Part shown: positions 8,418 to 15,177 of the stretch, piece by piece | Layout: every line of letters starts with the position of its first letter | Numbering within the stretch: position 1 is the first letter of the stretch | Source of the DNA: an uncultured archaeon | Lineage (GTDB): Archaea; Iainarchaeota; Iainarchaeia; Iainarchaeales; CSSED10-239 | Assembly: GCA_964496765.1 (NCBI GenBank) | Contig: CAZCAP010000010.1 | Span: 1 to 29,710, forward strand | Reading direction: 5' to 3' | Length of the DNA stretch: 29,710 nucleotides | The notes under the pieces: model-generated | What the model was told of the DNA's origin: nothing | Databases searched by the model: none | The model's input: only the letters and a program-made list of their open reading frames with translations | Translations under genes and position numbers: made by a program

Positions 8418-9284
8418 TTATTTTGATATTATTTCCCAATGCCCACCTTTGTCTGGACCTACTCTTCTTATCTTACCTTCAAATCTCAACTTAGATATTT
8501 GTTTTTCTATTGCTCTGGAACTTATCTTCAAATCAATAGACAACTCTCTTGCTGTAATTAAAGAATTTACTTTAATTAATGCTAATATTTTCTCCGAACT
8601 TTTCTCCGAACTTTTCTCCGAACGGTTCTCCACAGTTTCTTTTGAACTTATTTTTCTTTTAAATACAACTATGAACTGACTTCCTACTTCTTTAAACTCA
8701 GTTTCTGGTTCTTTTGATAATATTAGATTTATTCCTCTTCCCCATCGTTCAACATAATGAACAAGATGAAATAATTCAGCAATTTTTTCATTTCTTCTTT
8801 CAGAAACAAGCTCAGTTCTTATTTTTTTTATTGTAAGTCCATGATACAGAAGACCGGGGCTCCTTACTTCCACTCTATTTTTGAAAATTACAATATTCAC
8901 TGAATCATATTTCCAATAATCTCTATGACAAAATGCATTAATTATCTTAACACTTATATTTATTGCTGTTTTAGTTTTTAAAACACCAGAAATCATTGCA
9001 ACCCCTTGCTCTGTAAAAACACTAGGGCTAGCTCCCCCTAAATACATCTTGGATGGTATCACATTTTGTGATACCATTAAATCTATTTCTCTTGAATTTA
9101 ATTTAAACATGAATTCCTTTGGAAATCTTGAAATATTTCTTTTAACTGCTTGATTTAAAGTTCTAGTATCTACTTTATAAAACAAAGCTAAATCTTTATC
9201 AAGTATAACTTGTTGATTTCTAATAATATGTATCTTTTGTTTTATATTATTTTTATTTAAAACAACTAAATTACTTTCAACCAT
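8418..9284 (-). CDS. Chimeric protein: ORF6N domain + HATPase_c_4-like segment + C-terminal wHTH
   Basis: Residues ~15-115 are ORF6N (IRNQQVILDKDLALFYKVDTRTLNQAVKRNISRFPKEFMFKL...FTEQGVAMISGVL). From CHRDYW onward it matches the C-terminal part of AlbA_2/HATPase_c_4 putative regulators (HRDY...VEVRSPG...SERRNEKIAELF...ERWGRGI). The last ~60 aa form a wHTH (ITARELSIDLKISSRAIEKQISKL). Confidence 0.75.
   Translation of the reverse strand: MVESNLVVLNKNNIKQKIHIIRNQQVILDKDLALFYKVDTRTLNQAVKRNISRFPKEFMFKLNSREIDLMVSQNVIPSKMYLGGASPSVFTEQGVAMISGVLKTKTAINISVKIINAFCHRDYWKYDSVNIVIFKNRVEVRSPGLLYHGLTIKKIRTELVSERRNEKIAELFHLVHYVERWGRGINLILSKEPETEFKEVGSQFIVVFKRKISSKETVENRSEKSSEKSSEKILALIKVNSLITARELSIDLKISSRAIEKQISKLRFEGKIRRVGPDKGGHWEIISK
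8588..8631. repeat. 12-nt tandem repeat (ttttctccgaac x3 plus a partial copy) inside the chimeric gene
   Basis: Perfect copies at 8588-8599, 8600-8611 and 8612-8623. They encode the SEKSSEKSSEK linker between the HATPase_c_4-like part and the wHTH. Confidence 0.9.
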
Positions 9285-9356
9285 CTTCTAATCACCAGAT
9301 ATATTATAGTAATTGTGGTGTATATCTCTTTTGGGAGGGGATAGCTGTCCAAGCAA
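9285..9356 (-). repeat. Junction/leader element copy D
   Basis: GTGTTGCTTGGACAGCTATCCCCTCCCAAAAGAGATATACACCACAATTACTATAATATATCTGGTGATTAGAAG-ATG. Confidence 0.88.
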
Positions 9357-9360
9357 CACT

Positions 9361-9375
9361 ATAGGATTAATAATC
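9361..9375. repeat. Direct repeat of the MBL-hydrolase gene 3' end (ataggattaataatc), intergenic copy
   Basis: 15/15 identical to 12173-12187. Both copies lie the same 5 nt from the ccaagca end of an element copy. Confidence 0.8.
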
Positions 9376-9512
9376 GTATTTTGAAAGGATATCCTGTATT
9401 ATCTTCTTAATCTTCTTGACATAGATTTTGATGAAAGGGGTATATATATTGAATATATAATATAATGAGAAGTAATGCAATATAAAATTTTACTAAATTT
9501 AAAACAATTAAA

Positions 9513-10274
9513 TTAATCAACTATTTTATTTATTACTTTATTTACAATATCTATATTTATTCTTAATATGTTAGAAACTTGTTTTAATTCATCTTGATTA
9601 ATAATCTTTTTAAGTTTTAATATTCTTTCTTTAATTGCATTCTCTTTCACAAATAAAGTTAAATTGTTTGTGTTTTCTCCAGAATATAAGCAGATTGCAA
9701 CAATATCACAATAATCTTTAACTCTTTTATGATCTTTAGTTCTATTTACTATAGCATTAATTTTTGTAGTTAATAATAGGTATGGAGAGGGTAACCACAA
9801 TTTCTTTCTAAATTCAATTAATTCTGTTCTATATTTTTTACTTGCAAAAACTAATTTAATTAAAGGTTCATCAACAGGAACAAATCCAAGTTCTTTTTCT
9901 ATTTTTGAATTAGTTGCAGAAATTATTAAATCAATATACATTGAAAAAATATTATATATTGGAATAATCATAGATTCTTTTTTTGTTAATTCTTTACCTG
10001 TCTCATAACTAATTTCTTTTAAATACCTAAAGCTTATAAATTCAAATCCCTCTTTTTCTAAAATTATGCTTGTTTCTTTAAAAGATTCTACATTATTAAA
10101 TCCTAAATCTACATCTCTAGAACCAATATAATTAACTCCAAATTCTTTTTTATAGTTTTTATTTACTGTAAAATAAGTTGCCCATCCACCTATAATTATA
10201 ATTGGTTCTTGTAGTTTGGATATTATTGATTTCAAATATTTATAACTTATATCAGTTTCTCTTTTGTCGTACAT
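9513..10274 (-). CDS. Nucleotidyltransferase-fold protein, AbiEii/DUF1814-like toxin candidate
   Basis: IIIGGWATYF...YIGSRDVDLGF is an NTase G[GS]...DxD pattern, and a late RTKDHKRVKDYCDIVAI segment resembles AbiEii-type proteins. It overlaps the upstream wHTH gene by 23 nt. Confidence 0.5.
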   Translation of the reverse strand: MYDKRETDISYKYLKSIISKLQEPIIIIGGWATYFTVNKNYKKEFGVNYIGSRDVDLGFNNVESFKETSIILEKEGFEFISFRYLKEISYETGKELTKKESMIIPIYNIFSMYIDLIISATNSKIEKELGFVPVDEPLIKLVFASKKYRTELIEFRKKLWLPSPYLLLTTKINAIVNRTKDHKRVKDYCDIVAICLYSGENTNNLTLFVKENAIKERILKLKKIINQDELKQVSNILRINIDIVNKVINKIVD

Positions 10275-10851
10275 ATTTATCTATCAAAATATTATATGCT
10301 TCTATACATACTCCACCTTCACGTTTAAGATCAATCAATAATTGTGGAATAGACACAATTTTATAATTATCAATCTTTTTAGATTCATTTAATATTTTTT
10401 CATCTTCTAAAACAATTAATACTAAATTACCTTTTCCTATTAATGCATTATCTTTTAATAATTTCATCCAGACCATAATATCTTTTTTAGATATGTATAA
10501 TTCAAACTTATTAGGAAATAAATGATGATTCACTATATTCTCTGCAATATATGTTGTAAAAGCATAATCTAGTTTTGTTTTTTTAAAAAAATTCATTGGA
10601 TTTGAAAGATGATAATAATATTTTTTTAATTTATGGGTATCTATTTTAATATAATAATCTATTAATTTATTTAAGTCAATAACAGTTGTACCTGTAACTA
10701 ATTTTTGTTGTTCTAGTTTGTGTATAACTTGTATTACTCTTGGTGTTGAACAACCCACAATCTTTGCAATTCTATATTTTGTTAAAGACCCTGTAGGATT
10801 ATCTAAAAGTGTTCTAATTATTCTTAATTGTTTAATATTTCTTGCAAGCAT
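10252..10851 (-). CDS. wHTH regulator with AbiEi-like C-terminal domain (antitoxin candidate)
   Basis: N-terminal wHTH (LTKYRIAKIVGCSTPRVIQVIHKLEQQKLV). The ORF track starts at a TTG (10869), but the ATG at 10851 has a TATTTAAATA box about 30 nt upstream, so I trimmed to it. Confidence 0.45.
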   Translation of the reverse strand: MLARNIKQLRIIRTLLDNPTGSLTKYRIAKIVGCSTPRVIQVIHKLEQQKLVTGTTVIDLNKLIDYYIKIDTHKLKKYYYHLSNPMNFFKKTKLDYAFTTYIAENIVNHHLFPNKFELYISKKDIMVWMKLLKDNALIGKGNLVLIVLEDEKILNESKKIDNYKIVSIPQLLIDLKREGGVCIEAYNILIDKYVRQKRN

Positions 10852-11012
10852 ACCATATATAAGTAACAAAAGGTATTTAAATACTTTCCTTACCTATAAG
10901 CAACTACATGATATTATAAACATTATTTATATATTATTAATTAAACATTTTTTTGCTTGTAATTATTATTAATTTACTCATAAATATCACTATAAATATA
11001 TGATTATTTGTT

Positions 11013-11053
11013 TATATATCCCCTTCGGGAGGGGGTACGTGGCCAAGCATCAT
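11013..11053 (-). repeat. Junction element copy E (core only; not directly abutting a start codon)
   Basis: ATGATGCTTGGCCACGTACCCCCTCCCGAAGGGGATATATA, about 25 nt after the RhuM stop and about 160 nt upstream of the next ATG. Confidence 0.75.
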
Positions 11054-11077
11054 TTGATGCAAACTACAAAAAACGAA

Positions 11078-12097
11078 TTATTTTTTCTTCGTTAATATTA
11101 GTCTTTTTGTTTCTTTATCAAAATCAGATTCAAAAAGCTTATCTTGAACTAGTCTATATTTTTCAAATTCTTTTTCTGCAAAATGTTTTGCAATCTCGTT
11201 TGTTACTTTACCTGAATTATTTAAAATATCTCTATCATTAAATTTTAAAAATGCATTAAGCTTTTTTGACCAATCACTCATAGTTACTGGCACACCTCTT
11301 TTTGCTTGGTCTTCTGCATAATCAAGATACATTGTTACAATTCTATTTAATGATTCAATTTCTTTCTTATTTAAATAGTTCTTAGCAATACCAACATCAC
11401 TTTTTATTATTTTTCCATTAGGTACTTTCTTCCAAGTAGTTAAACCCATGTGTTCTTTTTCTTTATTTGCTCTAGTCATAATTAGTTCAGCAGCAGTATT
11501 TCCATGAACTGCAAAATGTAATTTATTTTGAACTACTGAGAAAAACTCTCTTGTTAATTCATCATCTTTATTATAATCAATTGAGGTGGAATAAATATCT
11601 GTTATTTTTTGATAAAAATGTCTTTCACTAGCTCTAATCTCTCTAATCTCTAATAATAAATCATCAAAATATTTTCTATTTAAGAAAGTACCATTTTTTA
11701 ATCTTTCAGAATCAAGAACGTATCCTTTTATTGCAAATTCTTTTAGAATCTTTGTAGCCCAGATTCTAAATTTAGTTGCTTTGGTTGAATTTATTCTATA
11801 TCCAACAGAGATTATTGCATCTAGATTATAAAAATTGGTATTATATCTTTTCCCGTCACTTGCAGTTATTAGGAATTTCCTAATAACTGAATCTTCGTGC
11901 AATTCATTTGAAAGGAATATGTTTTTTAGATGTTCATTGATTGTTGCAATATTAACTTCAAATAATTTTGACATCATCTTTTGACTTAACCAAATATTTT
12001 CATCTTCGAATTTCACTTCAATACCATCTTCTCCTGCTTGAGAAGTAAATATTAAAAATTCAGCTGTGCTATTTCTTATAGTTAATTTATTATCCAT
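11078..12097 (-). CDS. rhuM: RhuM-family protein
   Basis: The N-terminus MDNKLTIRNSTAEFLIFTSQAG...IEVKFEDENIWLSQKMMSKLFEV and DAIISVGYRINSTKATKFRIWATKILKE match the RhuM family. The ATG at 12097 is preceded by GGTGG (SD); the track start at 12109 is a TTG. Confidence 0.85.
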   Translation of the reverse strand: MDNKLTIRNSTAEFLIFTSQAGEDGIEVKFEDENIWLSQKMMSKLFEVNIATINEHLKNIFLSNELHEDSVIRKFLITASDGKRYNTNFYNLDAIISVGYRINSTKATKFRIWATKILKEFAIKGYVLDSERLKNGTFLNRKYFDDLLLEIREIRASERHFYQKITDIYSTSIDYNKDDELTREFFSVVQNKLHFAVHGNTAAELIMTRANKEKEHMGLTTWKKVPNGKIIKSDVGIAKNYLNKKEIESLNRIVTMYLDYAEDQAKRGVPVTMSDWSKKLNAFLKFNDRDILNNSGKVTNEIAKHFAEKEFEKYRLVQDKLFESDFDKETKRLILTKKK

Positions 12098-12171
12098 AAA
12101 ATCCACCAATCTATAAATAATATCTTAAAATCTGTATTTAAAGCTTTCCCAACCTCGTGACCAAGCATCAT
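12098..12171 (-). repeat. Junction/leader element copy F (degenerate)
   Basis: ATGATGCTTGGTCACGAGGTTGGGAAAGC...GATTGGTGGATTTT-ATG. It keeps the GCTTGG-CACG start and the SD, but the CCCTCCC arm is lost. Confidence 0.5.
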
Positions 12172-12172
12172 C

Positions 12173-12187
12173 ATAGGATTAATAATC
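12173..12187. repeat. Direct repeat ataggattaataatc (genic copy: last codons plus stop of the MBL hydrolase)
   Basis: Identical to 9361-9375. Confidence 0.8.
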
Positions 12188-12748
12188 ATGTCCTGGACAA
12201 AGAATCTTATAGTCAATTGCTTTTAATTTTTGTAAACTTTGTTTCATGCTTGATGGAACAGAAGTTGGTAGATCATATCTTCCTATATTGCCATTGAAGA
12301 AAAGAGTATCTCCAGAAAAAAGAATCTTTTCTTGTTTATCAAATATACACATCCCCCCTATTGTATGACCAGGAGTTTCAAGAATGAGAAATCTCTGAAA
12401 AGGAAGCTTGATTGATGAGATATTCTTTATCTTACAATTAAATATCTTTGATAGAGAAGAATCAAGAATACTCCCTTCTCTATTTTCTTTTAGAGCTTTT
12501 ATTTCTTTTCCTGAAGCAAAGAAATTTGCTTTAGTAAAAATATCAAAATTACCTATATGATCATAATGTAGATGAGTAAAAATAACCTGCTTTATATCTG
12601 TTGGTTGAAAGACAGAAATAGAATCAGAAAGAATCTCATCTCTGTCAACTCTATCTCCAGCATCAATTAGAGTTTGAAACTCTGATAAATAAAAGATATT
12701 AGATGAGTTTGATATTTTATAAATTCCTTCACAGATTTTTTTAAGCAT
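12179..12748 (-). CDS. MBL-fold metallo-hydrolase
   Basis: THLHYDHIGN (HxHxDH), TPGHTIGG, and the C-terminal CPGHDY. Confidence 0.8.
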   Translation of the reverse strand: MLKKICEGIYKISNSSNIFYLSEFQTLIDAGDRVDRDEILSDSISVFQPTDIKQVIFTHLHYDHIGNFDIFTKANFFASGKEIKALKENREGSILDSSLSKIFNCKIKNISSIKLPFQRFLILETPGHTIGGMCIFDKQEKILFSGDTLFFNGNIGRYDLPTSVPSSMKQSLQKLKAIDYKILCPGHDY

Positions 12749-12776
12749 AACTGTCCAACAAATATAACAACTTTAT

Positions 12777-14483
12777 TTAATGAGTAAACCAGAAGTTGTA
12801 TATCTTCTTTCCTTTGTTTTCTTTATCTTCTTCTATACTATCTAGCCTACAGAAACCAAACCTCTCAAACTGGATAATATCTCCAACCTTTAGAGCTTCT
12901 ATGTGCTTTTCTGCTATTCCTGTTAGAAGGGAATGATCTGGCTTGAAGATGGTTGCTTTAACAAGCTGAGAATCATCAACAGGAAGGAAATGAATTATCT
13001 TCTTGTCTGGTTCTTCTTCATTCTTAAAATCAATGTATTCTTGACTTCTGAAATGATTTACATCTTGAGCATAAATGAAATTAATATTATCCATTAGTCT
13101 AACAAAGTTTCCATCTCTAAATGAATCTTTATCAAATCTTTCAATGTAATAGTTTCCATTGGATTTGAAATCTCTTGTTCCTAAATCTAGATTTGGATGA
13201 ACTCTTAAATGATATTCTCTCTTTGGATCATCAAGAACATTTATTTCAACTGGATCAGCAATAAAGAAGAATCTCTTTGCACTATCATTAAGTACTCTCT
13301 TATTATACTTGATAAGAGTATCCCAGGTTATTAGAGAACCACTAGATTTTGTTATTCCTGATTCTATTACCATTTGTTTAATTGCTTCAGGAGTGAACCC
13401 TCTTCTCTTTAATGCTCTTAGAGTTGGAAGAGATGGATCATCCCAGCCTATTAGCTCACCTGAATTAACTTTATCTCTAATATCTCTTCCACTTGCAAGC
13501 ATTCCTTCTAAATTAAATCTTGCAAACTCATAGGTATAGGTATCATATAATCCTAATTTATTTCTAATGTAATGATGAAGCTCTGATGCCATTTCAAACT
13601 CAACTGTTCTTAGTCTATGTGTGATATTAAAGTAACCATCAAGAACAGCATTTTGAAAATCATAGGCAGGATAATTTCTATGCTTGTAACCAATTCTTGG
13701 ATGCTCGCAATCAATTATTCTGAAAATGGTTGGATCTCTCATTCTTGTGTTCTTATGTTTTAAATCTATTTTTAATCTAAGAGATGCTTTCCCTTCTGGA
13801 TAGCTTTCCATTTCCTTCCAATAGATTAGATTTTGTTCAGGAGATGCAAATCTACAATCACATGCTTCTTTTTTTTCTCTTAACTCACTCATTTTGTCAG
13901 GATTACAAAAACAAACATAGGCTTGACCTTTGAGTATTAGTTTTTCTGCTTGTTCCTTAAGCATATCAATGTAATCTGATGCAAAAACTAATTCATCCCA
14001 TTCTATTCCTAGCCATTTGAAGTCCTCCTGTGATATTTCATAGAATTCATTTTTAACAAGTCTTGGATTAGTGTCTTCAAATCTTAATTGGAACTTACCA
14101 TTATATTGTTTTGCAAGAAGATAATTAAGAAGAACTGATTTTGCATGACCAATATGAAAATACTTTTCTGGACCTGGTGGAAATGCAGACTTAACCTTAT
14201 CTCCTGGATTGATATGCATGAATGCATATATGTTTCTATCTTCCTTTTCTTTCTTTTCCAATAGTTCAGGAGCAAGCTTTTCAATTTCCTTTTCCTGTTC
14301 ATCAATGGATAAACTATTTATTTCTGAGATTAGAGGAGCAAGAATATCTGATAATTCTTTTCTTTTATCTCTCCATTCAGGAAATCTAGATATAACTGCA
14401 CCAAGTGCAAACTTAATATCTGCTTTTCCTTTATGTTTGTATGCGTTCTCAAGAACAATTATTTTAAATGTATTATCCACCAT
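12777..14483 (-). CDS. gltX: Glutamyl-tRNA synthetase, archaeal/eukaryal type
   Basis: The 568-aa size, FPPGPEKYFHIGHAKS (HIGH) and LRFEDTNP are typical of the GlxRS class I catalytic core. I called it GluRS because archaea generally lack GlnRS. Confidence 0.88.
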   Translation of the reverse strand: MVDNTFKIIVLENAYKHKGKADIKFALGAVISRFPEWRDKRKELSDILAPLISEINSLSIDEQEKEIEKLAPELLEKKEKEDRNIYAFMHINPGDKVKSAFPPGPEKYFHIGHAKSVLLNYLLAKQYNGKFQLRFEDTNPRLVKNEFYEISQEDFKWLGIEWDELVFASDYIDMLKEQAEKLILKGQAYVCFCNPDKMSELREKKEACDCRFASPEQNLIYWKEMESYPEGKASLRLKIDLKHKNTRMRDPTIFRIIDCEHPRIGYKHRNYPAYDFQNAVLDGYFNITHRLRTVEFEMASELHHYIRNKLGLYDTYTYEFARFNLEGMLASGRDIRDKVNSGELIGWDDPSLPTLRALKRRGFTPEAIKQMVIESGITKSSGSLITWDTLIKYNKRVLNDSAKRFFFIADPVEINVLDDPKREYHLRVHPNLDLGTRDFKSNGNYYIERFDKDSFRDGNFVRLMDNINFIYAQDVNHFRSQEYIDFKNEEEPDKKIIHFLPVDDSQLVKATIFKPDHSLLTGIAEKHIEALKVGDIIQFERFGFCRLDSIEEDKENKGKKIYNFWFTH

Positions 14484-14485
14484 AG

Positions 14486-14764
14486 TTAATCATATTTTCT
14501 ATTATAAATATTATCTCTGTGATCAAAATATCTAAACAAAACTATACTTTATGATTTCAAATATTGAAAAATCAAAACATATTTTTCTGAAATGTGCACT
14601 CTTTTAAATTGTTGTAAAGGATAACAAAGATTTTTATAGTGGTCAATATTTTCTGATTTCATAATCTCATTAATTTTTTTCAATATTTGGGTGTATAGTT
14701 TGTTATCCTTTTTATTAAGTTTTTCGAAAATGGTTGTTAATTCTTCATGAAACCTAAAATTCAT
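14486..14764 (-). pseudogene. RelE/ParE-family toxin interrupted by one in-frame TAA
   Basis: The 71-aa ORF (14549-14764) ends ...EKYVLIFQYLKS-TAA. The same frame continues SIVLFRYFDHRDNIYNRKYD-TAA (to 14486), restoring a typical ~92-aa length and the conserved C-terminal DHxDxIY-type tail. Confidence 0.6.
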
Positions 14765-15021
14765 TTATTCCCCTTCTTCTTTATAAAATTATTAAGATCT
14801 TTTGTGGATTTAAATACTCTGTAATCTGATGCTTTATCTTTTTTTGAATCACGTAAGACTCTTTCTATAAATTCAGGTCTTAGTTCTGGTTCTAATTGAT
14901 TCTCTGCATAATATCTAACAACAACAGAAATGGTTTCTGCTTTGTTTTTTAAATTGTTTTTTGCTTTAATAATATTCAAGGTTTGATTTATGTTGGTTGG
15001 TAAATCAAGTAAAGTTTTCAT
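14761..15021 (-). CDS. DUF2683-like antitoxin candidate
   Basis: KTLLDLPTNINQTLNIIKAKNNLKNKAETISVVVRYY...EPELRPEFIERV resembles archaeal DUF2683 proteins. There is a 4-nt ATGA overlap with the toxin ORF. The ATG at 15021 is preceded by GGTGAT. Confidence 0.55.
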   Translation of the reverse strand: MKTLLDLPTNINQTLNIIKAKNNLKNKAETISVVVRYYAENQLEPELRPEFIERVLRDSKKDKASDYRVFKSTKDLNNFIKKKGNK

Positions 15022-15070
15022 ATATATCACCTATAAATATTATATATAGAAATATTAATAAATGTTAGTG

Positions 15071-15101
15071 ATTGTTAACAATTGTTAATAGTTGTTAACA
15101 A
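15071..15101. promoter_or_regulatory. Three 10-bp tandem repeats containing GTTAAC palindromes (operator candidate)
   Basis: attgttaaca|attgttaata|gttgttaaca|a. TTGTTAACAA is a perfect 10-bp palindrome at 15072-15081 and 15092-15101. It lies 50-80 nt upstream of the antitoxin ATG. Confidence 0.55.
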
Positions 15102-15177
15102 TTAGCTAAAAAAGAAAAATTAGGAATTTATTTGGATAACTAAAATAAAAAGAAAAAGAGATAACTAAATTATCTCT

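Noticed and set aside
6007-12171. Could the repeated element be a CRISPR array?
   Set aside because: Repeats are about 1 kb apart and separated by full-length genes. The copies are imperfect and about 70 nt long, and no cas genes are present.
6007-12171. Classical integron attC sites at the cassette junctions
   Set aside because: The junctions are not extended imperfect palindromes. I found no RYYYAAC ... GTTRRRY pair, and no IntI-like gene in the window. I kept only the looser cassette-array analogy.
12150-12178. C/D-box sRNA (ATGATGA in copy F, ATGATGC in copy E)
   Set aside because: No CTGA D box lies at an appropriate distance, no terminal stem is present, and the other five copies have TTTTGC instead of the C box.
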